DNA from: Elsinoe ampelina
Taxonomy: Eukaryota
NCBI GenBank assembly: GCA_010093995.1
Contig: ML992501.1
Span: 516,227-580,226, forward strand
Length of the DNA: 64,000 nucleotides
Direction of reading: 5' to 3'
The notes below the pieces were generated by a model, which was given only the letters and a program-made list of their open reading frames with translations, did not search any database and was not told where the DNA came from. Positions 1 to 13,381 of this stretch are shown piece after piece. Positions within the stretch are counted from its first letter, which is position 1; each line of letters opens with the position of its first letter. The translations under genes and the position numbers were made by a program.

Positions 1-346
1 CAAAATCTGATCGAAGGACTGGTTAGCATGCCTTTCGATGCGAGCTGACGTCTAGTGTCGCTATTGCAGTCACTTGTTGGTGTACAGCCGCGTGAGCACG
101 TGGAAGGGCCAAGACAACGCCCTTGTCCGACCCGATCCCTCTGACGGTCAGGGGCAGACAAAGGCGAAGCATGTGAAAGCACCGCCACTAATAAGACACG
201 ACATGTGGTAAGTGTTTCACGCGACTGCATCGGGGTTTGAGGAGCACCGCCACAGGGCTATATGATAACATGCTGCTGCTTCCTCTTCCCATCAAAATCT
301 TCACACCTACTTCCACTGCAGAACTGATTCACAACACCTACTCACC

Positions 347-1520
347 ATGGACACCACTGCGCTGGATGCTATCTCCATCAGCATCTTCGCGATGCTCATG
401 TTCCTCGGCGGGATCGTGGTTCAGCTTGGCCTCGCGCAGATCGCTGGCTATGGTTTCACCCCCGTTACTCTCTCATTCGGTAAGTATCCTTCGTCTTCGT
501 CCATCAAAATTGAGCGCGTGCTAACTACTACCAGGTTACATCTCCTTCGCAATCAACAAGCTCAGCATCATTGGAAACTACCAGATTGTCCCCCGTGTGA
601 CTGGCAAGGTCAAAGTCATCAACATGAACAACGGCTTCACCTTTGAGAACCGCAGCTTCATCCTCGACCGCCTTGTCCAGAATTACCCTGATTGGAGCGA
701 ACGAGCCGTCAAGTCCAAGGTCGATCGCCTGATCAACGAAAACTTTGCGCAGCTCAAGGATGCTGGTAGTGACGAAGGGAAGCCTGACCGCGCCGGTCTT
801 TGCGTCGCAGTCTACCGCGCCAAAGCTCCCGGCCCTTACAAGGATCCGGTCTTCTTCAGCGGTCTCTTCTTCACCTTCATCCAGCTCATTCTCGCTGCCA
901 TCCCCTACGCGAAGTTTGGCGATGCCAACATTCTCATCGTCACTGTCACCGGCACCCTTCTCGCCTGGGCTACTGCGGCTCTTCCCCAGTGGAACGCAGC
1001 CAGGTCCACGTGCCGCACCAAGTCTACCAAGAACATTCTACTCACAGAGGGTAATGGCGCACAACACGCAATCCTGGTTCTAGGAGACGGACTCGGCATT
1101 GACCTCGAGGATCTGGCCAACGGAATCATCACGCCACCGACCAGACTCGTCCAAATCACTACCAACACCATCGCTTTTCTCTGGCTCGTCTTCCTTGTCT
1201 ATAGTGCTGGTGTCAAACATCACGTCGTCTATCTTCTGGTCAACGGTTTCCTCGGATTCATCCACACCATCTACCTCGTCGCCAACATTCGCGGCGCCAA
1301 GCACTTCGGTCTTCCCATGACCCTCGAGGCAGTGTACGGCGAGACCAAGGTCATGCAGACCCTATACGCGCTTGAGGCCGACTACAAAGGCGCCGGCGCA
1401 TCTCTGGTTCCGGTCTTCTTCCCGGGACGTCTGCGTAAGGATGACATTGAGAAATGGTACAAGCTGGGTCTCGAGATGGAGGGTGGAGTGGTATACAAGA
1501 GGCTCGATCACATGATCTGA
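347..1520 (+). CDS. Uncharacterized multi-pass fungal membrane protein (2 exons: 347-479, 535-1520)
   Basis: ORF 347 (MDTTALDAISISIFAMLMFLGGIVVQLGLAQ) splices via GTAAGT(480)...CTAAC...CCAG(534) in frame into ORF 597..1520. It has several hydrophobic segments and a C-terminal 'GASLVPVFFPG.LR' motif. Codon usage is gene-like. Confidence 0.8.
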
Positions 1521-2096
1521 GCGGGGTGAGGCGAGGCGGTCGAGAGTGATAGGAAGTTGGTGCACGGGTGGTGGTAGGATCTTGCTGGATCGAAACGACA
1601 ATGGATACAGAGAAAGAAACTGCATGATATGAAGCATACTTAATTACTCTGCTGTGACAATATGTCCTTCAGCTTTCAGAAACTACAGGTAGCCTATTGA
1701 ATGGTGGCTCTTCAACACATACTGTACCTTGTGCTCATTCCCAATGATCGTGATGCTGTTCGATACTTACGAGGTGACCTTTCGTACTTCTATACCGTGC
1801 CCATCTCAGTTCAATGAGATTGACTACTGGATCAAGACTATCTTACGACAGGGACAAAGGATGCCAGATACACAAAGACCGAAGAGCCCCTTGTCGTCGC
1901 CGAGAAGCAGCCAATGACATCAGGGCGGGTGCAACCGCTACCCCAGATTTCGCTGGGTTGTGAGCTCCTCAGATTTTCGACAGATCTTCGAGCAAATTGG
2001 TCCTACATTCTTTCAAGCTAGCTTCACTATAATCTCAAGACGCTCTCTCTCAAAATCCCCTGGCAGAGACCACTGCTTAAGCAAGCAGTTCTCACT

Positions 2097-5095
2097 ATGG
2101 GCAGAGGAGGTCACAGAAATGTACGTCCCCACAACCCTCCACTGGTGGCTCAACTGACTCAAGCATAGAGGGGCGGTGGCCGCGGCGGGCGAGGAGGCAA
2201 GCGAGGCGATAGAAAGGGCAATTGGGCGCCACGACACCCGCGACAAGGCTTCGAAGAGGTCAAGAAGGAGAACGAGAACTTTGAGAAGTTCTACAACGAA
2301 CTGAACATTGTGCCCGAGGGCGAAGAGAGGGAGAAGTTTTGGACCGCACTGCGTAGGGAGCTGCCAAATTCGTTTAGATTTTGTGGTAGCAAAGGGTGAG
2401 TGGTACTAATTGGAGGGTACGAGGGAGACGCTGATAAGGTCAGACATGCGCTTGCGGTCCAGAAGAACCTCATCGAGAGGTACATTCCTCAGATCACGGA
2501 GGTCAAGTTCAACGGCGACAGTGTCGCTGCGCCAGAGCCTTTGCCATGGTACCCTGCTGGACTTGCGTGGCAGATGACTACACCCAAGAACATTGTTCGC
2601 AAGTTCCCACCTTTCGCTGCCTTTCAGAAGTTCTTGGTCTCGGAGACGTCAGTGGGCAACATCAGTCGGCAGGAGGCTGTGTCTATGATTCCACCTTTGG
2701 TACTGGACGTGAGACCAGGACATACTGTACTAGATCTTTGCGCTGCTCCCGGTAGTAAGAGCTCGCAGCTTGTGGAGATGGTCAATGCTGGAGAGGAGGC
2801 GAGGATACGAGAGGTTGTGCTCAAGTCGAGACAAAATGCTGCCAATGGCAACGCGAGCCCGATGGCTATTGATTCGGCCGACAAGGAACTAGAGGGCGAA
2901 GATTGGACGGATGACGGCAGGGCGACAGGACTGCTCGTCGCAAACGACATGAATTATCAACGAGCTCAAATGCTGGTACATCAACTGAAGCGTCTGAACA
3001 GCCCGAATCTGCTGGTCATGAACCATGATGCGACCATGTTCCCGTCCATACAACTTCCTCAAGAGCCTCTTGCGGAAGGTGAGAAGCCAAAGAGCAGGTG
3101 GCTGAAGTTTGACAGGATTCTTGCAGATGTACCATGCTCGGGTGATGGGACTTGCAGAAAGAATCCGAATATCTGGAAGGACTGGATACCTGGAAATGCT
3201 CTTGGACTCTATATTACTCAAGTGCGGATCTTGGTCCGCTCACTACAGATGCTCAAGGTTGGTGGCCGAGTTGTCTACTCGACGTGCAGCATGAATCCGG
3301 TCGAAAACGAGGCTGTCATCTCCAGCGCTATCGAGCGATGCGGCGCCAAGAATGTCCAGATCATCGATTGTAGCGAGAAACTCTCCGGGCTTAAGAGGTA
3401 CAACGGGCTCAAGGACTGGAAGGTGATCGACAAGGGTGGACGTATCTGGAACTCTTGGTCAGAGGTTGAGGATGCAAAGGCAAAGCAATTTGAGGCGAAC
3501 CTCGAGCGTATCGTCCCTGGCATGTTCCCGTCAGACAAGGACCTACCACTTGAGCGGTGCATGCGAGTGTACCCACACCAGCAAGATACTGGCGGCTTCT
3601 TCATCACTGTCATCGAGAAGAAGCACGAGATCAAAGCCAAGCCAGAGGCGCAGGCGAAGCAGACTAATGCGCCTTCAGTTGTTTCGATTGCAAAGGAGCT
3701 CGAAGCTAAGAAAGACGAAGAAGGCATCACCACGCTCGAGTCGGCGAACGAGTATATGGAATATCATGGAGAAGGTAATCACGGAGTCACTACGGGTCAA
3801 GGCAACGCTTCAGCAGCTCAGCGTCAAAACAAAGAAGCGATAGAGGTGCCTTTACCTCCCAGCACAGCCAATGGGACCAAGCGCACGGCCGACTTTGGCG
3901 ACAGTGAGACTGCCGATATCAAGCGAGCTAGGACGGAGGTCGAAGAGCCAGAGACCGAAGTCATTGGTGAACCCGGTCAGGCGCAACACGTCCCAGCTCC
4001 ACCTACCAATCATGAAGCGTACAGCGATATTGGAGAAGCCAACGACACGCCGGCATCAGACCGCCCACAACGGGAGAACAGGCGACGAGGACAGCCACAT
4101 GAAGAGTCGTTCAAATATCTCGCCCCGGATCACCCCGAGATTGAAAGTATCTTCAAGTTCTATGGATTTCCTGACCGCTTCCCTCGAGACCGCTTCATGG
4201 TCCGTAACGAGACAGGCGAGCCAGCAAAAGCCATCTACTACACGACCGAGCTCGCAAAGAAGATCTTGACAACGAACGAAGGCAAGGGCATGAAGTTCGT
4301 GCACTCTGGTGTCAAGATGTTCGTGAAGCAGGACATTCAGGGAGCCGACACGTGTCGATGGAGGATCCAGACCGAGGGTCTTCCTATCGTGGAAGGCTGG
4401 GTAGGCGAGGACAGAGTGGTGCGGATCTACAAGAAGAAGACGCTGCAATTCCTGCTCAGAGAGATGTTCCCGAAAGTGTCTGCTGAGGAGTTGGGAGAAG
4501 CGAGAGATGCGATATTCAACATGGGCATGGGCTGCTCTGTCTGTCGCATCGAGCCGAGTGATGATGAAGACGGGTTTAGGTAAGCTCACGTACAGATGAC
4601 GAGTGAAACACGACTGACGTTTGCAGTGAGCGGATCGTGCTTCCGATCTGGCGGAGCATGGCTTCGGTCAATCTGATGCTACCCAAGGAGGACCGGAAGG
4701 CGATGTTACTCCGGATCTACAACGACGATACACCGCTTATCGATCACAGTCAGCAAGGTAGAGAAAAGGCCGCGAAGCGTGAACCGGCCTCTGGTAGTGA
4801 TACTATCAAACTCGAAGAAGCCAAAGACGCGACGGGCACAAACGTCGTCAAGGAAGAAACCTTCTATGACTCCGAGGACGGTGGTGTGAAGCTGAACGCG
4901 GACGTTGATGAGGATATCGAGAACGCTGACGCCACGGCGCCCATCGGCAAGGCGGGCGTTGGTACCGAAGCAGATGCGATGGCCACGGAAGACAGGTTGA
5001 GGGCGGAACAGCAGGTCATCGCGGATGAGCGGCAGACGGTTGATGCGGCGCCGGAGAGGGAAGGTGAAGACGATGACATGAACACGACCGTTTAG
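2097..5095 (+). CDS. NCL1: tRNA (cytosine-5)-methyltransferase NCL1/TRM4 (NSUN2-like); exons ~2097-2120, 2169-2395, 2444-4579, 4627-5095
   Basis: RsmB/NOP2 motifs RQEAVSMIPP, VLDLCAAPGSK, DRILADVPCSGDG and VYSTCSMNPVENE. RGG-rich N-terminus. Canonical introns join all segments in frame. Confidence 0.93.
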
Positions 5096-6535
5096 ATGGT
5101 GGTTTCCGTCATGGCGATGAGTAAGCTCTCGATGGCATGTCTTGTGGCGGTGGGAAATAAGTGGTTCAGACTCCAGCTATCGTGGGTAGTAGTTCAGGGT
5201 TCATACAGCCACCCCACAGGGGCAATCTAGCGCGGCGCCAGAACAACCAGAAGGCTTGCGTCAGAGAGTCCTTGCTCAAGGGAGATCATCAACGATAGTA
5301 TTCTTCCTGAGCATCGGTACGTCCGGATGGTCTGTGATCTAATGTCTCGGATTAGGGTTTTGACAAGACCTCGCGCGCAATATCCGACTGCTTGGGTAAA
5401 AAGCCGCCCATAGAGTACAACCAGAGCCCGTTGATGTGAAAATTCCGTGCGTGACAATTTTCCTTCAATCAAAGACAATATCCCAACGGTTCATGTCAAG
5501 CAAAGATCGAAGTCTGCATCAAGGTTACTAGCACATGGCATTCGTAATTGCTCACATGGCATCCATGGCCGCATGCATTGCCCAAGCTGCCGTGCCTGCA
5601 GGGCCAAACTCGGACCACCTCTGAGTAATCCCAAAAAACCTCGTGCCCCTCCCTTTCACTCTCTGCCTTCCAGATTCTGTCTCTTCTCCACCACGCCCAC
5701 GCCACTGTCTCACGCTCATTTCTCGAAGCCTGTAACCCATCCTTCGGAACCACGTCGCCGGCTCGGTTACAATTCGACGTTCGTTCACTAAGCATCTCGA
5801 GGCATTCGCCCAACGGCGCCCGCTGCCCGGCGATGTCCAACCGGCGAGGTCGTCACCTCTCAACGTCGACCACGCAGCACAAGACTGGCTGGCTGGCTCG
5901 TGGCAGGCTCTAAGCGATCTACCGGTCCGCATAGTATGAAACGCACGGTCAACCATCTCTGCACTACCATGCGTTAAGCTTCCCGGTATACAGGTACCTT
6001 CACCCGGGCTGGCTGATGCAAGCGCAAGTGCTCAACCGCGCTTTGCGCTTCTCCGTTGTATCCGCTCGGCGGCGCTATGCTCGAGCCCAGCCAAACGATA
6101 GAGCCGAAGTCTGTCTTGGGCGTCATTTCTTCGAGACACATGGCGGTTGTGCGGATGTGGGACGGGAGTGCTGTGGGAACTATTGGTAGGTACCAAGGGA
6201 GGGCATAAGTGAAAAGAGATGTAATTTCCTGTCGATCTGGGTTGTGCCATCTTGAATGCTCTTTTCCTCTGTCGCTCGCTACTACTATATTGTTTATATG
6301 AGGAGGACCTTGACTCGAGCTTAAATTGGATCGCGGTAGAGTGCAGAGCTAGAGAGATCTCTACCTGTGACGAACGATATCTAGATCTGGTTGTTCGACG
6401 CGCTACACACTACGCTGCTGAGGTAGCTCCACGTCGGTCTGATAGCACCTCGTCGCCTACCTACCACATCACCTCCATTAGCCTCTAGTAGTACCTATCA
6501 CCCACCTACCACAACACCTCCCCTCCTCCCTCACA

Positions 6536-7651
6536 ATGACTGCCTTCGGCGGGAACGCCATCCAGCTCGCCATCATAGGCTGGGCCCTCACCATCCTCGC
6601 CATCATCGTCGTCGCCCTCCGCGGCTACGCCGCCTCCCGCCAAAACAACAAATGGCGCTGGGACTTTATCTGGTCCGTCGCGACGCTCATCTTCGGCTGC
6701 GCAGCCTGGAGTCTCTGCTTCAACGCCACGCTCACCGGCCTGGGCAACGACACACGAAAACTCACCTACACGCAAACCTTTGAAGCGCTCCGCTTCGCAT
6801 GGTACACCATCTTCGTGGGCCTCGTCGCCACCACGTTCGCCAAATTCAGCGTCGTCGCGCTCCTCGTGTCCGTCCAAGGCCCGTCGGCGAAAAAACGCCG
6901 CTTCTTCCTCCTCGGCATCGCCGCCGTCTTCGCCCTCATCAACCTCCTCCAAATCGTCTTCTCGGCCACGCAATGCTCCCCGGCCTCCCGCCTCTGGTAC
7001 GGCTACCTCGAAGGCGCCTGCCCCCGCGGCCGCCTCGCCGGCAACTGGAACTACCTACAAGGCTCGGTGGGGGCCTTTACGGATTTCCTCCTCGCCATGT
7101 GGCCCATTTCGATCGCGTGGAACCTGCAGACCAGCATGAGGGTCAAGGTCGGCTTCTGCCTGCTCATGGCGGTGGGGACGCTGCCGGCCATCGCGTCGGG
7201 GATCCGCACGGTCAAGGTGCCGAGCCTGAGCAAGTCGTCCAACCCCACCAAGGACCTCGCGGATTTCATGCTCTGGGCGATCGTCGAGTTCTGGTCGATT
7301 GTGATACTCACGTCGGTGCCGGTGTTGAGGCCGTTGTTTTTGAGGGTGTTTTACGGGGTCAAGAATGGTTCGTACGGGCATGGGACGGCGAGGGGGGCCA
7401 CGGCGAGGGCCACGGCGCAGGAGTGGAGTCGTGGGGGCACGGCGGTTAGTCAGGTTGAGGGCGGCGGGCAGGGGGTCAAGAAGGGGATTCAGACGTTGAG
7501 TATGAGTGTGCTTGATCCGAGCAAGGATGGGAGTGAGGAGGAGTTGACGAGGGGTGTGGGGTTTGAGGGGGTGTATGTGACGAGGGAGTATGATGTTAGG
7601 GAGTCGGGGATTGAGATGGCGCATGTGAGGGAGGTGAAGGGAGGGGATTAG
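6536..7651 (+). CDS. PTH11-like/fungal rhodopsin-domain integral membrane protein (intronless)
   Basis: About 7 hydrophobic helices; family-typical motifs 'LR..','AKFSV','QCSP','TDFLLA.WP','W..VE'. Confidence 0.85.
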   Translation: MTAFGGNAIQLAIIGWALTILAIIVVALRGYAASRQNNKWRWDFIWSVATLIFGCAAWSLCFNATLTGLGNDTRKLTYTQTFEALRFAWYTIFVGLVATTFAKFSVVALLVSVQGPSAKKRRFFLLGIAAVFALINLLQIVFSATQCSPASRLWYGYLEGACPRGRLAGNWNYLQGSVGAFTDFLLAMWPISIAWNLQTSMRVKVGFCLLMAVGTLPAIASGIRTVKVPSLSKSSNPTKDLADFMLWAIVEFWSIVILTSVPVLRPLFLRVFYGVKNGSYGHGTARGATARATAQEWSRGGTAVSQVEGGGQGVKKGIQTLSMSVLDPSKDGSEEELTRGVGFEGVYVTREYDVRESGIEMAHVREVKGGD

Positions 7652-9305
7652 GGGGGGAGGGTGATGGCGTTTGGTGTAAGGGAGGTGGGATACCCGGTTG
7701 GATAGTTTGGTGAATTTTGTTGATCTTTACACCGGGTGTCTATTTGAGGCATTGTCATTTTGTGTAGTGACCTGTCCTGCGGTTTGAGATCCGTCATGAG
7801 CGCGGTGCAAATCAACCGCGGATGGTGGTTATGGATGTTGCTGCAGGCGGTCAAAGCGCTCGCAGGCATTCCAGTTCTGCAGTTCTCACGTTGTGATTCC
7901 GTCATCGGCACAAGCATTCCGCCAGAAACACGAAGCATAATCAAGTGATACCATACAACAATGTCCGTTAATCCTTTCGAGGACGTCGACATGGCTGGTA
8001 GTTTTGCGACGCGCAACGGCGATACAGCAAGCATCTGTTCTCTGGGGGTCAGACAGTGGCAACTCATGAAGCATCTTTGACACGCAAATCAAACGAGCGT
8101 GCAGCATCAGCGCACGAACAGCTGCACTGGAGATCAGGGTCTGCCTCGCATTTTGAGCACTCTAAAATCATGGATCAAATCATCGGAAAAACCACGGTCT
8201 GGCCTTCCGCAACCCGCCCATACGGTCGCCGATCGGGACTGGTTTGCGAAGATAAGAAATTAAGCGAGCTATCACGGAGGCACGTCGAGCCACGTCGGGG
8301 CACGTCAAAGAGGATTTGGGGGAAGGGGGGAGAAACGGTTCCCTCGACCACTGACAGCCTTTGATCCGACCTCTGACGGCGCAGCTCGGGCGGAGTCTCT
8401 GCTGAAGGATCACCTGTCTAGTGGATCACGAGGGTGGGGGTTTGTCGTCTGCCGCGGCGGTGCCAAACAATCGTCCTTCAGAAAAGGCAGACAGACAAGG
8501 CGAGGCACGGATGGCTACCAATGTTGAAGAGACATGACAGAAGGATCATGGAGGTAAAGGCGCGTTTATCGAGGATACTGTAGCTGGTAAGTAACAAGCT
8601 CATTCGGCCCTTTCTTCCACCTCTTGAGGCTCTTATCACCTTCATGCAGCCCTCTTCTTCTTCTGTCCTCACCGAGTCAAGCAGCGTGGACGGTCTAGCT
8701 CCCTCCAGACGAAAAAGGACCCTTGCCCTGTCGTGGTGTATCTCTCCAGCCGCAGCTCGCTCGAGTCCGGGAACGCCAAATTTGCCAATCGCGGACGCCA
8801 TTTCGCCCAGGATGCACAAGCTGTTGGCCCCGTTGATTATTCTGGTCAGAGTCCGATAGCACGACCGTAGCTGGCAAGCCACCGAACCACGAGAGTAATC
8901 ATCGCTATCTCTGGCCCTTTTGTCGTCTGCCTATACTGTACTCTCACCTTTGCAATATCCTGTCCACTCCCAAGCATTCGACCTCAACTACAGTACTCAC
9001 AATCTATTCCGCGGCTCATCACCACGTGCCATACAAATTACCTTGCTTCTGGGCCGACGGGGGCTTTGCGAGTTACTGGAGCACAGCCCGTGGGACAAAC
9101 GAAACTCGAGACCTCCGCAGCCCACCTCCATCATCCCTACCAGCTTTCTACAACGGCCACCGCCCAAGGATGAAAGATATGAATACCCGGGCGCAGAACA
9201 GGACAAATCGACCGTCTATATAATTGTTCCACCACATATTGCGAAAACCACAACCCCAGCTCGCCCCTCTTCGGAGGCGGTAGAGCACGCGACCACTCGC
9301 ACTCC

Positions 9306-10977
9306 ATGGGTTCAATATGGAGCGATGCACCACCAGAGCCGCGCTCGAGGCGCGCAAATAACCCGACACTCTTATTCAGCTGGTGGTGTACAATCTTCTC
9401 CGCCGTCATTATCCTCATGCGACTCGCCGGCAGAAAGGCACGACTCAATGCCTTGTTCACCGAGGACAAGGTCATGGCTTTGAGCATGATACCGCTCTTC
9501 ATACGGATGGGACTTATACATGTCGTGCTCATATTTGGCACAAATAATGTCGATACCACGGGTCTCACGGAGTTGCAAATACGACGAAGAGAGCATGGAT
9601 CCAGGATCGTCCTCGCTGCGAGGATATTCTATGCCATGTTGTAGGTCATCCCAATACCGACCATTCGAGTCTCTTACTAATTCTATTAGCATCTGGATGT
9701 CCAAGTACACCGTCTCCGAGTTCCTCAAACGAACATTCTACAACACCTGGCGGCAGTCCTACGAATGGGTACTTCGCGGTATTCGCATCTTCCTCTTCTG
9801 CACATTCTTTGCCGTGGTAGTAGCAACGCTCACTGAATGTCTGCCTGTAACGCACTACTGGCAAGTTGTACCAGACCCGGGTCCTCACTGCAGACAAGGC
9901 TTCGCCCAGCTCATCACCATGGGTGCAGCCGACATTATCACCGATATCCTCCTCGTCGCCTTTCCAATCTCGATAGTCATCCGCGCGCAACTCTCCAAGT
10001 CGCGCAAATTCTTCCTCTTCTTGCTCTTCAGCGCATCTCTCATCCTCATCGGTATCACTGGTGCTCGAGTACCCCAGGTCATTGAAAAGCTGGGAAGGCA
10101 ACAATACAGGACGGTCTGGGCATCGATCGAAATACTTGTCTCGACATTTGTCTCGAATGCCGTCATTTTGGGCAGTTTCGTCCGTGGCACAGGTGTGAAG
10201 AGGAACAAGTACCGCGCCCAGAGTGTAAGCGATAGTATCGAAAGAGCTCCCACCAGGCGAATGACGCAGCCAATCGTCTGCGAGAGCGACGAAGATCTGT
10301 TCCGGTCAATAGGATGCCGAATGCCTCCCGAGTTGCAAGAAGAGGTCGAGGAATACCCCATACCGGCGAAGCCTGTTTTCTATGATCTCGAAAAGGGAGA
10401 TCCAGACGATAAATTACCAGAAGAATTCTCTACCGAGAGAAGAGATAGTCGATGGGACAGAGCACACCCTCGACCATCGCGAGATGAATCAGTCTCGCCA
10501 CACTCACCACACTCGCGGCGCGCACCGCGTGTTCCTCAATCACCATCACGAGGAGGAAATCGGGACTTGGTCGCGTTTCTGCGCCAATCTGCACAACAGA
10601 GGAGACCGACCCCGCCCCCGACCTCAAACCCCAGGGGCAGCCCAACGGACATGCAGATTTCTGACGTCGGCGGGCTTTTAGGTGGAGGCGGCAGTCGACA
10701 GAGCACTCCCGAACCTGGCGGCAGTTCCTCCTCAGGGACTATCGTGCAGGATTTTGCACCAACTGGAATAACTCATGCCTCTCGAGCATTGCTTTCAGAT
10801 CTTGGAGTACTGTTCAGCAACCACTCGAGATCAAGCAGTCGACGAGACGTATCTCGAAGACCAGACTCGAGGCCACGGTCGGAACGTCAATTACATTTTG
10901 ACTCGAACACCACCACACCTGTCGCCCACGAAGGCGAAACGATGGAGTTGAAAGATGTCGGCGGGCTCCTCAAGTAG
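9306..10977 (+). CDS. PTH11-like integral membrane protein with long cytosolic tail (exons 9306-9640, 9690-10977)
   Basis: ORF 9306 splices GTAGGT(9641)...CTAAT...TAG(9689) into the 9520..10977 frame. Motifs 'ECLP...YWQVVPDPGPHCRQG' and 'DIITDILLVAFP'. Confidence 0.85.
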
Positions 10978-11655
10978 AGGGAGCATCGCATGATGAGAGA
11001 CGACCTTTGATTTCTTTTTGATACCACTCTTGCCCTTTTTTCAGCGATTGTATACTGTTATACTTGCTTTGTGTTCACGCAAGGATATACCCAGACTCTT
11101 GTCAGAGAGACCATGTTGTTATTGCTCGGGCCAGTTGGCATGTGAAAGGCCGGCTCATCGAGCTGTCGTTAGCTTTATTGGATAGTCTAGAGATTAATGC
11201 CTAGTTGTCACCACCAGAGAACTTCTTCTTTTACTCGAGCGTTTGATATCTGTCGGCCGAAAGCTATGGCAACCCGTGATGGTTCTTGGGCCGCGGATAA
11301 GGGAAAGGCTGATTCAACGCTTTTTCTGGCCAGTCATTCCTCCACGTCTTCTTCGCTTCTTTTTTGACATGTGACAGTCAACCTCTAGAGTTCACGAGCA
11401 CACCAAACCGTCTCCTGCATAAAGATATTCTTAGCCTGGTCCGGTCTTTTTCTTGGTCATCTGGTAGTATCAATCTACAATTTTTTCCTTTCCTATCTAT
11501 ACGTCTCTTGGTCTCGTCCTTCTGACAGTGTTATCAACTCTCACCACAAGCGGCAGGCCGCATTCCTTGAAGCTATTTCCTTGCAAACACAAAAAAAATA
11601 CTACTCAACCAAAAAGAAAGACCTCACAGATTATAACCCCGCCAGATCAGCAGAC

Positions 11656-12936
11656 ATGATCACGCCTTCGACATCACCGACTCTCGCCCCGTCCTCACCC
11701 ACAGAGACCACCTACGTAGGAGCACGATTCTCCCTCGTAGTCCCTCGCATCCCCAACTTCGTCCGCAGAGCAGTGCCCCAACTTGGCGCGTTCCAGCGAG
11801 TCCAGAAACTGGCCGGAGTTCAGACGCAGTCTGCCTCGACATCCTCACATACCCGCTCTTGGAGCTCAGACATGGCCGGTTCAGGAACCGTGACCCCTCC
11901 ACCATCATATTCAGAGACGCTCGCCCCACTACTCACACCCATGAAGTTCGCTCGTCGACCAGCGCGTAAGAGCGAGGGACCCACGACACAACAACCAGTG
12001 GCGACAACCAGCTCTTCGCCTCCCCAGGACAGCATTCAATGGAAATACGCCACCCAAGGCCTCAACCTCCTCTCCCTCGCCGCACAAGAAACCACCACCA
12101 CCGCCACTCCGTCACAACCAGACCAATCCTCCACCCCCTTCGCCCGCCAACTCTACATCCACGCCCTCACCTACCTCCTCCGCGCCCTCCCCACCAACCT
12201 CTCCCCAGAAGAAACCACCTCCCTCTCGGCCTCCCTCCCCTCCTCCCTCCTCCCAGACCCACTCCTCCTCTCCTCCCTCCCCCCACAGTCATCCTACTTC
12301 CCCTCCCACCCCCAAGACCCCTTCCCCACCGACCCCGACTTCCCTTCCGACCCCGACCCCGACCCCGACCAAGAACCCACCCAAACCCCCTCCATCCTCT
12401 ACCGCCTCACCTCCCACCTCATCACCCGCCTCGCACTCATCATCGCCTTCCTCCTCCCCTGGATCCAATCCCTCCTCTCCCTCCTCCTCCGCCTGAACCG
12501 CGACCACCACATCTCGTCGCGCGTCTTCTCCTCCTCCCTCGCCACCGCCGACGCCATGGGCCGCGGCGCGTGGGGCCTCACCTCGGCCGTCCTGGCCCTG
12601 CAAGACGGCAGGATAGGCAGGCTGGTCGAGGGGGTTCTGCAGTGGTGGATCCGCGGCGTGACGGGGGGAGTGTGGGAGGGTGTAGGGGAGGGGTTGGAGA
12701 TTCTCGGTCTGCGCGAGGAGGGGGGAGGGGCCAGGAGGGGAGGAGGAGGAGGAGGAGGAGGCTGGGCCGATGTCCGGTGTGGGGAGTATGTTGCGGGAGG
12801 GCAGAGGGGGAGGACGCAGCGGGGTCAGAGGGGGGGGAGTGGGAATGGGACGGGGAGGGCGTGTTATGCTTATGGGAGTGAGGGGAGTGTGAGGCGGAAG
12901 GCGCCCAGGGGTGCTGCGGGGAGGTGTGCGAGGTAG
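11656..12936 (+). CDS. Uncharacterized fungal protein with low-complexity C-terminus
   Basis: Long ORF with first ATG at 11656. The core 'WKYATQGLNLL...FARQLYIHALTYLLRALP' looks conserved; a hydrophobic segment follows. The tail is Gly/Arg low complexity. Confidence 0.65.
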   Translation: MITPSTSPTLAPSSPTETTYVGARFSLVVPRIPNFVRRAVPQLGAFQRVQKLAGVQTQSASTSSHTRSWSSDMAGSGTVTPPPSYSETLAPLLTPMKFARRPARKSEGPTTQQPVATTSSSPPQDSIQWKYATQGLNLLSLAAQETTTTATPSQPDQSSTPFARQLYIHALTYLLRALPTNLSPEETTSLSASLPSSLLPDPLLLSSLPPQSSYFPSHPQDPFPTDPDFPSDPDPDPDQEPTQTPSILYRLTSHLITRLALIIAFLLPWIQSLLSLLLRLNRDHHISSRVFSSSLATADAMGRGAWGLTSAVLALQDGRIGRLVEGVLQWWIRGVTGGVWEGVGEGLEILGLREEGGGARRGGGGGGGGWADVRCGEYVAGGQRGRTQRGQRGGSGNGTGRACYAYGSEGSVRRKAPRGAAGRCAR

Positions 12937-13381
12937 GATAACTGGGGTGGTTGGACGGTCGTACGTAACGCATGTCATGATCTCGGGTAGATTCTTGCGT
13001 GGCGTTGAACCTGGAGTTTTGGGCGCGGGCTAGATCCTGCTTGTTATTTTTCACATCGACTTTGATATCAGGAGCTGCTAGATGGCATGCTTGGTAGACG
13101 CGAGGATTGTTCGCTTTTCTTTATCGGTGCGTCGAGTTAGATAGAAGATTCTAATACACTTTCCACTTATTACTTCATGACGGTATTGATGTGGTGCGAA
13201 TGATGGCATGGTCTGGTTTGGATTGGGTATATCCACGTGCTCTATTGTGCATGTCTGAATCCGCTTCTAGTCCCTACCAGACTCATCGCAGGATCGTTCG
13301 GGATCACCAAGGACTCAGCACGAGGCTTATGTCGTGACCGAGCCAATATGCTGCGCACCACCTAGCCTACCCTCTTGAACC

